Part shown: positions 11,436 through 21,335 of the stretch, piece after piece
Layout of the letters: every line of letters begins with the position of its first letter
Numbering within the stretch: position 1 is the first letter of the stretch
Notes under the pieces: model-generated
What the model was told of the DNA's origin: nothing
What the model saw: the letters and a program-made list of their open reading frames with translations, nothing else
The model's database searches: none
Program-made: the position numbers and the translations under genes
Assembly: GCA_002269645.1 (NCBI GenBank)
Contig: NIVC01004821.1
Span: 1 to 34,208, forward strand
Source: Macrostomum lignano
Lineage: Eukaryota
Length of the DNA stretch: 34,208 nucleotides
Direction: 5' to 3'

Positions 11436-12541
11436 TCTACCTCACTGCAACTGCCCTCAACAACAGATGAGGAGGCATCAGCCTCCGCCTATGCCAAATT
11501 TCTAATCATAGCCGATAATATCAAGCGTACCACGCGTACTGGCTGGCAGCTTCGAGGCCTGAACAATGTGGAAACTGTTGCCAGCCACATGTGGTCCATG
11601 GCTGCTGAAGCTGCAGTCCGCTTGCCAGCCTGGCCGGCTGCTCCGGAGCCAACCAGGACCGCCTAGTAGAGCTCTGCATTGTACACGATCTGGCCGAAGC
11701 TGTTGTAGGCGACCTGACGCCACACTGCGGTGTGCCGCCGGACGAGAAGCTCAGACGCGAACAGGCCGCACTGAATAGCATGGCCGCCAATTTGAGCCGG
11801 GAGTCATCGGCTAAGCTAATTAGCCTGTTCGCTGAGTACAATGCTCAGGCTACAGTAGAGGCCCGTCTAGCTAAAGAATTAGATAGATTAGACATGTGCT
11901 GCCAGGCGGCTTATTACCAATTGACCCGGCCAAACTGTCCGAATCTGTCCGAGTTCACCCGATCCTGTCTGTCAAAAACCAGCATTAGCGGTGTGTCCAG
12001 TCGAATTCGTTCGGCAAATGTTTTTGTTGAATCCGCCAAGTCTAGCGAGACTGACAGTGCTGAGATTCCATTCAAACAGTTGACTCTGTTCTCCAGGTAC
12101 AAAGAGATGAGATTAATGCCATTACAGCTGCCGTCCACAGCCAGTTGGCAACCGGAACCAGTTCCGCTAGGCTGTCATCAGTACATGGTGTGCCTGATAG
12201 CGCTGACCCTGCCTAAGCATTGTTTGCCGATGCTTGCAGACACCGGAGCAGCCGAACTTGTTCGCACTGTAGGCTCCGCTAACTTCTATGATGACGGCTC
12301 TGTAGCCTTCAGCAAACTGGATCTGCTCGATTCTGATAGCCTGGCCTGTCCGTTCGACTCCGCCAATTCGGTTGCTAAGGACGCTTCGGCTAGCGGACAG
12401 TTGCTTAGCGATTTAGTTTGGTTAGATGTAGCTTTGACTGCGCGCAGCGCTGGCGCATCAGCTGCTGCCGCGACTAGCGGACTGCCTAGTCGGATTAGTC
12501 TGTCTTACCTGCGGCAGGTGTGCGAACACGTGTTGCACTAG
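11436..12541 (+). CDS. HDDC2: HDDC2/YfbR-like HD-domain 5'-deoxynucleotidase with a frameshift at ~11610-11650 and a degenerate second HD-like repeat; true start unresolved
   Basis: First frame KFLIIADNIKRTTRTGWQLRGLNNVETVASHMWSMA; second frame QDRLVELCIVHDLAEAVVGDLTP..VPPDEKLRREQ..AEY..EARLAKELDRLDM. These match the HDDC2 motifs KRxxRTGW, ESVxxHM, HDxAExxVGD, EK..RE and EA..K.LD. Acceptor-like CCTTCAG at 11429-11435. Confidence 0.85.
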
Positions 12542-12715
12542 TTGAAGCTTTTAAGTTTCTAGCGAATTTCTGTTTGCATTTAATTTGAATGGCTTGCTAT
12601 TATTGTCTGATGACTATTCACTCTACCACTACTAGAATGAGTCAGGAAGTTCGTTTTGGTTTGCACGAGTTTTTTCTTGATTTTTATTTTTAGTTGACAC
12701 AATTTAATTAATATT

Positions 12716-12728
12716 GATAGATAACAAA

Positions 12729-12760
<32 letters not shown>

Positions 12761-12857
12761 TAGACAGATAGACAGACAGATAGATAGATAGACAGACAGA
12801 TACATAGATAGATAGACAGACAGATAGATAGATAGATAGACAGATAGATAGACAGAC

Positions 12858-12892
<35 letters not shown>

Positions 12893-13070
12893 CAGACAGA
12901 TAGATAGACAGACAGACAGTTAGATAGATAGATAGATAGATAGACAGACGGACAGATAGATAGACAGACAGATAGATACATAGATAGATAGATAGACAGA
13001 CAGATAGATAGATAGACAGATAGATAGATAGACAGATAGACAGATAGACAGACAGATAGAAAGATAGATC
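12716..13070. repeat. (GATA)n/(GACA)n microsatellite
   Basis: Direct reading; spurious ORFs 12580-13101. Confidence 0.98.
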
Positions 13071-13170
13071 CGTATAAAAAGTCGGCATCCGCATGCCACA
13101 TAAGCCAGTAGTGAATGGCGTATCCTAGGTTACAGCTAATAAGAACTTCACAGCAATTTGAAAAGGCCAG

Positions 13171-13191
13171 TTTCTCTTTCCAAATTTGCAG
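13171..13191 (+). promoter_or_regulatory. 3' splice or trans-splice acceptor just upstream of the PPOX start
   Basis: TTTCTCTTTCCAAATTTGCAG followed 13 nt later by the ATG in GCCATG context. Confidence 0.5.
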
Positions 13192-13204
13192 CGGCTAATC
13201 AGCC

Positions 13205-14707
13205 ATGCCTTTTACAGCAGCCGCCGCCAGACCAGCCGCTCGCATCGCAATTGTAGGCGCTGGCATTGCAGGCCTGTCAGCCGCCAGCACCCTGGCTCGG
13301 CTGGCAGCGGCCGCCAACCGTCAGCCGCTAGAGATCTGGCTGTTGGACAAGTCCGACCGGCCAGGCGGTTGGGTGCGCACCGCCACTGACTCGGCCGGCT
13401 GCGTGTACGAACTGGGACCCAGGACTATACGCGGGGCGTCTCCGTCTGGCAGCTACTTGCTGGACTTGGTGAGGCAGTCCGGCTTGAAGGACGAACTGGT
13501 GACCCTGACTACTAGCCATCCGGCAGCCGCTAGGCGTCTGGTTGCCATCGACAACCAGCTGACAACTGTCGGTCAGCTATTGGCTAAGAATTTGGTATCA
13601 TCTAAGCCGCCATTTCAGCGCTCTCTGATTGGCTGGACGGCCAGCCAATGGCTAGCTGGCCAATGGCCGCCTAAGCCTCTAGCCGAAGGCACGGACCAAT
13701 CATTAGACGAATTCGCCAGGTCCCGGCTAGGGCCCGACCTGACCGACTATCTGCTCGACCCGCTGACCCGCGGCGTGTTTGCCGGCCGACTCTCCGACCT
13801 GGGCGTCGCTGCCGCTTTCCCGCATCTGCCCGAAGCTGAACGACGCCGCGGCAGCCTCCTGCTGGGCTTGCTAGCTCCGAGCGCATCCAAATCGCCGCCG
13901 GACCCGTTGCTAGGCGACCGGTGCGCTGTCTGGTCGCTGAAACGCGGCCTCGGATCCCTGGCCGAGGCGTGCCTAGACAAGCTCCGTCAGGACGCCAACG
14001 TTCGCTGCCGTTTCGGCTCGGCCGTTGAAAGCCTTCGCCGATTGGCCGACGGTCGAATCGGACTCCGGCTGAGCACCACGAAGGACGTATCTGGCGAGGC
14101 CAGCTTCGATGGCGTCATCCTCTGCGTGCCTGCCTTCTCCGCCGCCAGACTGTGGCCGGAGCGGCTCGGCCGGCTGACTCCGGAGCTGTCCAGCCTGCCC
14201 TGGGTCAGTCTGGCCATTGTCAGCCTGCTGTACAATGGCAACCCGGTGCCGGAGCCCGCTTTCGGTCATCTGGTGCCTTCGGGTGCCTCCGGCGGGGAGC
14301 CCGCTGTGCTCGGTGTGGTGTACGATTCGTGCCTGTTCCCGGACAGGCAGCCGGCCGGATCGGCCAGGCTCACCTGCATGCTCGGCGGCGCCTGGTACCA
14401 TCGAATAGCCGGGCTGAGCTCGGACAGTCTCATCCGATTGGCTGTTAATCACGTGACCGCCTGTCTGGGCCCCTCGGCCTCCAGGCCTGTCGCGGCCGAC
14501 TGTCGCCTGCTAACGAACTGCATACCGCAGTACCCGGTGGGACACGTCGGACAGGTGGCCGATTGGCGAGACGGACTGGCCGGGGCTGGAGCGCCGATTC
14601 TACTGGCTGGCGCGTCCTACGACGGCGTCTCCGTGCCCGACTGCGCCAGGAGCGGCGCCCAGCAGGCCAAGGAGTGCCTGCGGCTGCTGCGCCTGCTGCC
14701 GCACTGA
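13205..14707 (+). CDS. PPOX: Protoporphyrinogen oxidase (HemY/PPOX family), 500 aa, intronless
   Basis: FAD-binding IAIVGAGIAGLSAA, then RPGGWVRT, YELGPRTIR, LLDPLTRGVFAG, FGHLVP, LGVVYDSCLFP, LTCMLGG, CIPQYPVGH and GASYDGVSVPDC. Confidence 0.97.
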   Translation: MPFTAAAARPAARIAIVGAGIAGLSAASTLARLAAAANRQPLEIWLLDKSDRPGGWVRTATDSAGCVYELGPRTIRGASPSGSYLLDLVRQSGLKDELVTLTTSHPAAARRLVAIDNQLTTVGQLLAKNLVSSKPPFQRSLIGWTASQWLAGQWPPKPLAEGTDQSLDEFARSRLGPDLTDYLLDPLTRGVFAGRLSDLGVAAAFPHLPEAERRRGSLLLGLLAPSASKSPPDPLLGDRCAVWSLKRGLGSLAEACLDKLRQDANVRCRFGSAVESLRRLADGRIGLRLSTTKDVSGEASFDGVILCVPAFSAARLWPERLGRLTPELSSLPWVSLAIVSLLYNGNPVPEPAFGHLVPSGASGGEPAVLGVVYDSCLFPDRQPAGSARLTCMLGGAWYHRIAGLSSDSLIRLAVNHVTACLGPSASRPVAADCRLLTNCIPQYPVGHVGQVADWRDGLAGAGAPILLAGASYDGVSVPDCARSGAQQAKECLRLLRLLPH

Positions 14708-14739
14708 GTGATGAAGCTGACTTGATGACAGGATCTGCT

Positions 14740-15900
14740 TGAATGGGGATCAGGATCAGGATTGGGAAGGCCTGAAAGGAATCAGTACTCTCGTATTTTG
14801 GGGTTTAAGATTGGTACGAGCGTATTAGGATTTTAGGATCAGCCCATAGTCTTGGGGTGTGATCAGGATTGGGATGGGGAACAGGATTGGGATGGGGAAC
14901 AGGATTGGGATGGGGATTGCGAAGGGGATCAGGGTTTGGAGATGGGGATAAATATTGGAATGGGGATCAGAATTAGAATGTGAATCAGGATTAGGACAGG
15001 AATCAGGATTGAGATGGGATTCAAGATTGAGATGGGAATCAAAATTAAGATAGGGATCAGGATTGAGATGGGATTCAAGATTGAGATGGGAATCAAAATT
15101 AAGATAGGGATCAGGATTGAGATGGGATTCAATATTGAGATGGGAATCAAAACTAAGATAGGGATCAAGATTGAGATGGGAATCAAAATTAAGATAGGTA
15201 TCAGGATTGAGATGGGATTCAAGATTGAGATGGGAATCAAGATTAAGATAGGTATCAGGATTGAGATGGGAATCAAGATTAAGATAGGTATCAGGATTGA
15301 GATGGGAATCAAGATTAAGATAGGTATCAGGATTGAGATGGGAATCAAGATTAAGATAGGTATCAGGATTGAGATGGGAATCAAGATTAAGATAGGTATC
15401 AGGATTGAGATGGGAATCAAGATTAAGATAGGTATCAGGATTGAGATGGGATTCAAGATTGAGATGGGAATCAAGATTAAGATAGGTATCAGGATTGAGA
15501 TGGGAATCAAGATTAAGATAGGTATCAGGATTGAGATGGGAATCAAGATTAAGATAGGTATCAGGATTGAGATGGGAATCAAGATTAAGATAGGTATCAG
15601 GATTGAGATGGGATTCAAGATTGAGATGGGGATCAGGATTGAGATGGGAATCAAGATTAAGATAGGTATCAGGATTGAGATGGGGATCAGGATTGAGATG
15701 GGGATCAGGATTGAGATGGGGATCAGGATTGAGATGGGGATCAGGATTGAGATGGGGATCAGGATTGAGATGGGGATCAGTATTGGGATGGAGAGCATAA
15801 TGAAGTGGGGATCAGATTGAGGTGGGATTAGGATAAGGGTGGTGATTGGGATTAATATTGAGGTGATGATTGGGATTGGGATTGAGATGGGGATCTGGTG
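14740..15900. repeat. 18-bp minisatellite (GATCAGGATTGAGATGGG) with a 36-bp higher-order unit at ~15010-15670
   Basis: Direct reading; source of the (IPISIL)n and (GIKIEM)n ORFs. Confidence 0.96.
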
Positions 15901-16543
15901 ATTAAGATTTGGATTGAGATGCGTATGGAAAATAAGATTCTTAAGGGTTTTTAAAATAGGAAATTTTATCGTCACAATCTGCTACTTTGTTGTGTTTAGC
16001 GTATTCTATAGTATAGGCTATTAATTATTAACCCATTCTTTGGCATTTTCCTATTTAACTTGAATATTCTCTCATTGGCTCATCACTTCATTTGCGTTAA
16101 AACGATAACAAAAAAGTCATGCATTTTATGGTCATTATTGCCGCTTGCAGCTCAATGTGTGTGTCTAGAATTACTAATCACATAGAACTTCGTTTAGCCA
16201 TTTTGATGATAACTATAGTTCATTTTAGATTTGTGCCATTTTGTAACTCCTAACATTTACAGACTTGTGTATATCGCTGATTGTGTGCATAATTAATCTC
16301 TAACTAAACAAATATATACGGAATATTTACACCATTATTAGTTATGCTTGTAAATACATTTTAATTGTAATAGTGTTGTCAATCTCAGTATCAAAAACCT
16401 TTTCTATCTACTGTTGAAAATTAAGTAGTGTATTGCCGGATTCCTTCGTGTTTTTTTCTATAAAAAATAGACTATATAAAAGCTCATACTTGCTACTTTA
16501 AAAAAATAAGTAGTGCAAATCGTTTTCTCGATATTTTTTATTC

Positions 16544-16999
16544 ATGGAGACGAGACAAGCAATCCGCTGGCTACCAACGTTTCTGGCCTTTGTAGGCTTC
16601 TGGTATCTGCTCTGCCTCATTGTGGGCAGACGCGCCACCTATAGTTTTGCCACCGTCTCCAGTCACCATGGCAACTATTCAGTTGTTTACATTACAACAC
16701 CCTCATCTGACGAAGCCGAAAGTTTAGCTAGCGCTCTAGTGGCTAAAGAATTGGCCGCCTGCGTTAACGTGCTGCCCAGCGTCACCTCCGTGTACGGCTG
16801 GGAAGGCCAGGTGCGCAAGGATCCGGAATCGTTAATGATTGTAAAAACCCGGTTAGCTCTGGTGCCGGAACTGGCTGACTATGTTGCGTCAAATCATCCG
16901 TATAGTGTACCGGAAGTGCTGGCTGTTCCAGTGATTGGCGGCTTGTCAAAATACCTGGACTGGGTTCACAGGGCTACTGGCGGTCTGCGGCCCACTTGA
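16544..16999 (+). CDS. CUTA: CutA divalent-cation tolerance protein with N-terminal hydrophobic segment, 151 aa, intronless
   Basis: YSVVYITTP..EAESLA..LV..ELAACVNVLPSVTSVYGWEG...E.LMIVKT...HPYSVPEVLAVPV..G..YLDWV; real ATG at 16544. Confidence 0.96.
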   Translation: METRQAIRWLPTFLAFVGFWYLLCLIVGRRATYSFATVSSHHGNYSVVYITTPSSDEAESLASALVAKELAACVNVLPSVTSVYGWEGQVRKDPESLMIVKTRLALVPELADYVASNHPYSVPEVLAVPVIGGLSKYLDWVHRATGGLRPT

Positions 17000-17297
17000 T
17001 TTTATGAGTGTGTACCCCACAGATAAAACAATAACTGGATATGTCACCCGCAAAAATGCATTTATCTACTCTTTCAGTAAGTTTTCAATCCTACAAGATT
17101 ATTAAAGTTTTTTAAGCTGCAACGATCGTCTCTGGCTTTTTACAAGCAGACCCACTAAATTAGCATCTTCACCCTGGTTGAAGCTGCACCCAAATCTAGT
17201 GCGTGTTCACAGCGGGCAAGAGAGAAAAGTTGGTGGTGACCCAGCCCCCAGTCAGGCCGATAACCGGTTAGCTTTTGACTTTGACTTAGCTTTTAAT

Positions 17298-17426
17298 TTT
17301 GACCTCTCTCTTTACTGCTCTCTCATTGGCTCAGCCAAATTGGGTCTGTCTCCCCAGGCTGAAGTTTCGTCCGTCTAACTTTTGCCTCTCTCCTTACTGC
17401 TCTCTCATTGGCTGAGCCAGATTGGG
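17298..17426. repeat. Duplicated ~46-bp module, each copy with two ATTGG (reverse CCAAT) motifs
   Basis: 17298-17344 and 17381-17426 share TTACTGCTCTCTCATTGGCT(C/G)AGCCA(A/G)ATTGGG. Confidence 0.75.
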
Positions 17427-17995
17427 CCTCATAAGTCACTTGTGTACACCGAGTTAAATGCTTGTTATTCATTCTCAACCCCATATGCTCCTAAGGCGCA
17501 AACCCCGGCCGAGTAAGGAAAGGACATTTCAGCTCCCACATTGAATTTAAGTGCCGCTGCGCAGACAAACTACTGAAAACAGAGTAGAGTTTTCACAACT
17601 TTAATTGCGAGTGCCATATATAGTTTTTTCCCTCTACGTGATGCCCCTAAGTTTTAACCGGTGACTTATTTTAATTTGTTCTCAATGCTTAATAGAGGAT
17701 ATTAGAAAATAGAGGAATTACTCATATTGAATGTATTGAATTACCTGTACCTATATATCTGCTATATACTCGTAGTAAATGTATAGCGCCTTTTCTGTAA
17801 GCGTCCTGTGCAAATAATACAATTCGAGAACTGTTTGTCATGAAGGCGAGGACTAGGAAACAGGTGACATGCCTGTTGGCTTCTCTTAGGTGTGTGTGTG
17901 GGTGGGTTCTTGTTTGCTAGATAATTCTTTTTCTCCCGTACCTATTCTCGAATTACTGTCGGGTGTGCAAGTAGTGATATCAGATTCTTCTGTTG

Positions 17996-18031
17996 ACCTG
18001 TCTGTATGTCTGTCTTTCTCTGTTCATCTTT

Positions 18032-18065
<34 letters not shown>

Positions 18066-18072
18066 CTTGTCT
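17996..18072. repeat. (GTCT)n microsatellite, imperfect
   Basis: Direct reading. Confidence 0.85.
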
Positions 18073-18533
18073 ATCTGTTCTGTAAATGTGCCCAATTATC
18101 CTTAGTTAAATTTTACTTATCTCTTGCTGTCATTGTTCGGTTCTTTATGTCTGATTCCATGCAATCCAACAAGTTCAAGAAGTTTTAATTGCCAAAAGAA
18201 ATATTACAGTAATACTTTCGTCTAAATTTCATTCTAAGAAAGTATGAAAATTTCGTAGTTACTTTATTTTCATGTGCCTTTAAACAAGTTTAGTGCAACC
18301 CGACATTTAATATACCCACCTAATATAATGACTCGATTTGGATTGCAAATATTTTCTGCATAAATATATGATACAAACACGGAAATTATTAATTTCATCT
18401 GGTTAGTCTATTGTCAAGTTAATTAATTTAATGCATTCTTAGTCAAACGCGTAAAGGATTTAGATTTAGTCAATATTCATTTAGGTTCGCCTATGGCGTG
18501 TCAATTCTACTTACATTATCAGGCGACGGACGT

Positions 18534-18548
18534 GTTGCTATGGGCAAC
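18534..18548. promoter_or_regulatory. RFX X-box (15-bp form)
   Basis: GTTGCTATGGGCAAC fits the palindromic RFX site (GTTGCY-spacer-RGCAAC). Confidence 0.55.
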
Positions 18549-18646
18549 GTACCTGTCACTCTAGTAATTCAGTTCATTTGAGTAGCTCTGTTTGTCTGTC
18601 TGTCACTGGAGCTGTTCTACAGTGTTGAATTGATTTAATAGAATGC

Positions 18647-18660
18647 GTTTCCATAGTAAC
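18647..18660. promoter_or_regulatory. RFX X-box (canonical 14-bp form)
   Basis: GTTTCCATAGTAAC matches GTTNCCATRGNAAC. Confidence 0.6.
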
Positions 18661-18664
18661 ACAT

Positions 18665-19846
18665 CCTGAACCTTACTCCTTATCCTGTCAGCTCCTGATC
18701 CTTACACTGCAAATCCTGTCAGTCAGCTCCTGATCCTTTCACCGCAAATCCTGTCAGTCAGCTCCTGATCCTTTCACTGCAAATCCTGTCAGTCAGCTCC
18801 TAATCCTTTCACTGCAAATCCTGTCAGCTCCTGATCCTTTCACTGCAAATCCTGTCAGTCAGCTCCTGATCCTTACACTGCAAATCCTGTCAGTCAGCTC
18901 CTGATCCTTTCACTGCAAATCCTGTCAGTCAGCTCCTGATCCTTACACTGCAAATCCTGTCAGTCAGCTCCTGATCCTTTCACTGCAAATCCTGTCAGTC
19001 AGCTCCTGATCCTTACACTGCAAATCCTGACAGTCAGCTCCTGATCCTCACACTGCAAATCCTGTCAGCTCCTGATCCTTACACTGCAAATCCTGACAGT
19101 CAGCTCCTGATCCTCACACTGCAAATCCTGTCAGCTCCTGATCCTTACACTGCAAATCCTGTCAGTCAGCTCCTGATCCTCACACTGCAAATCCTGTCAG
19201 CTCCTGATCCTTACACTGCAAATCCTGACAGTCAGCTCCTGATCCTTACACTGCAAATCCTGACAGTCAGCTCCTGATCCTTACACTGCAAATCCTGACA
19301 GTCAGCTCCTGATCCTTACACTGCAAATCCTGTCAGTCAGCTCCTGATCCTTACACTACAAATCCTGACAGTCAGCTCCTGATCCTCACACTGCAAATCC
19401 TGACAGTCAGCTCCTGATCCTTACACTGCAAATCCTGACAGTCAGCTCCTGATCCTTACACTGCAAATCCTGTCAGCTCCTGATCCTTACACTGCAAATC
19501 CTGACAGTCAGCTCCTGATCCTTACACTGCAAATCCTGACAGTCAGCTCCTGATCCTTACACTGCAAATCCTGACAGTCAGCTCCTGATCCTTACACTGC
19601 AAATCCTGACAGTCAGCTCCTGATCCTTACACTGCAAATCCTGTCAGCTCCTGATCCTTACACTGCAAATCCTGACAGTCAGCTCCTGATCCTTACACTG
19701 CAAATCCTGACAGTCAGCTCCTGATCCTTACACTGCAAATCCTGTCAGCTCCTGATCCTTACACTGCAAATCCTGTCAGCTCCTGATCCTTACACTGCAA
19801 ATCCTGTCAGCTCCTGATCCTTACACTGCAAATCCTGTCAGCTCCT
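18665..19846. repeat. 35/31-bp minisatellite (CAGTCAGCTCCTGATCCTTACACTGCAAATCCTGT), ~35 copies
   Basis: Direct reading; units alternate with and without one CAGT. A short 21-22-bp repeat follows to ~19935. Confidence 0.97.
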
Positions 19847-19967
19847 TTCATCACAGAGCCTGTAAGCTATCATCGCAGAGTCTGTAAGCTTTCATCGCAG
19901 AGTCTGTAAGCTTTCATCGCAGAGCCTATTAGCTATCACCTTTCATCCCGAACCCTTCACCACACAG

Positions 19968-20447
19968 GCCTCATCCGGTAACCGCCGCAGCCGACTCTGC
20001 CAAGTCAACAACAACAACAACAGCATCGCCAGCACCAACACCCAGAGCTACTCTTATTCAGCTCTCCAAGTGGTGGATGATCTCAATCACAGCCGCAGTT
20101 CTGAGACCGGCTCGGGCGGCGCTGTCCCGGCCAGCGGCCCGCTGCTCAGCCTGATGTTCACCTTCGACATCAACTTGGAGCACGCCGTTTTTGTATTGCA
20201 CGCCTGTCACGGTGTTCTAGCCGAGGCGCTGTTCGTGCTGGCGTCTGGCGGCGCCCTTCGCTCCACGGGCCTGCCGGTCTGGACTCCTCAAGACGATGCC
20301 GACGTTTTGAGCTGCGACATTGAAAGAATGCGCCGGGTGCGAGATCGGTTCGGACGGGTTGACGTCTGTCTGCGCCTTATTTACCTCGGCGACTGCGGCT
20401 GGCCTGAGCCCGACCGCGACCCGCCTGAGCTGGCACTCTGCTGCTGA
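19968..20447 (+). CDS. TERF2IP: Terminal coding exon with a Rap1/TERF2IP C-terminal (RCT) domain
   Basis: Acceptor CACACAG|GCC at 19967/19968, open frame to TGA at 20447. LMFTFDINL..GVL..LASGGALRSTGLPVWTPQDDADV..D..RFG..V..R aligns with human RAP1 RCT as recalled (LMEKFNLDL..GEL..LASGQRADGYPIWSRQDDIDL..D..KFG..V.RR). Orthology versus a domain-only homolog is unresolved. Confidence 0.8.
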   Translation, partial: ASSGNRRSRLCQVNNNNNSIASTNTQSYSYSALQVVDDLNHSRSSETGSGGAVPASGPLLSLMFTFDINLEHAVFVLHACHGVLAEALFVLASGGALRSTGLPVWTPQDDADVLSCDIERMRRVRDRFGRVDVCLRLIYLGDCGWPEPDRDPPELALCC

Positions 20448-20469
20448 CTGATGCTGTTGCAAAACTCCG

Positions 20470-20790
20470 TGCCTGTCACCCCGTGTCGGTCACTCTCTCA
20501 CACCGTGTCTGTCACTCCGTGTTGGTTACTTCGTGTCGCTCACACCCCAGTCACCTAAGTCCGTCACTCCAGTCACTCAGTGTCAGTCACTCTGTGTCGG
20601 TCACTCCCCAGTCACCTAAGTCCGTCACTCCAGTCACTCAGTGTCAGTCACTCTGTGTCGGTCACTCCCCAGTCACCTAAGTCCGTCACTCCAGTCACTC
20701 AGTGTCAGTCACTCTGTGTCGGTCACTCCCCAGTCACCTGAGTCCGTCACTCCAGTCACTCAGTGTCAGTCACTCCGTGTCAGACACTCG
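20470..20790. repeat. 61-bp repeat (~4 copies) built of GTCACT subunits
   Basis: Unit GTCACCTAAGTCCGTCACTCCAGTCACTCAGTGTCAGTCACTCTGTGTCGGTCACTCCCCA, starting within 30 bp of the RCT stop codon. Confidence 0.9.
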
Positions 20791-21335
20791 TTTGGAGCGA
20801 CGCTGATAGACTGACGCGGTTGGAGTGACAGGGACCAACGGAGTGACATTATGAAAGGTTATGCAGGAGTGACAAAGACCAAATGTGAGGACATTTAATT
20901 TGGTAAATGCTTTATTACTTCAAAAGCGCATTTTTAAACTCGGGTTTTTGTACTAGTGTACTAGTATTCTGCATTTTGTTTAGTTTATTAATAAATAGAT
21001 ATTTGAGTCACAGTTTGGAAATTTAATTTTCAATTTTCAATTTTGTTAACAAGAAAAAGTAGCCATGTTTTTTTTCAAATTTGAGTCCGTTTCTCATTAA
21101 CACGGTAGAAATCATTGAATAGTAATAAATAGTTTTATAGGTCAATTAACTGCATAGAAGACTGTATTTAATGTGTCAATTATTAGCTTATTATTATTAA
21201 TAATATTTTATTTTTATTCATCATTTAATGTTGAAAGAAAAATTAAAACTGGGTGATGCAATAAAAAGTGACTTTACAGTGCTACTGCTCAGCTATGTCT
21301 CAAGAATATTTGTTAGAAACTGTTAAGGGGCTTGT

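Noticed and set aside
13186-14452. Short overlapping and antisense ORFs within PPOX, and similar ones within the HD, ENaC and LINE regions
   Set aside because: Shadow ORFs of GC-rich coding sequence.
14929-15975. 348-aa Ile/Pro-rich and 268-aa GIKIEM-repeat ORFs
   Set aside because: Both strands are open because the 18/36-bp unit is a multiple of 3; no unique flanking coding sequence.
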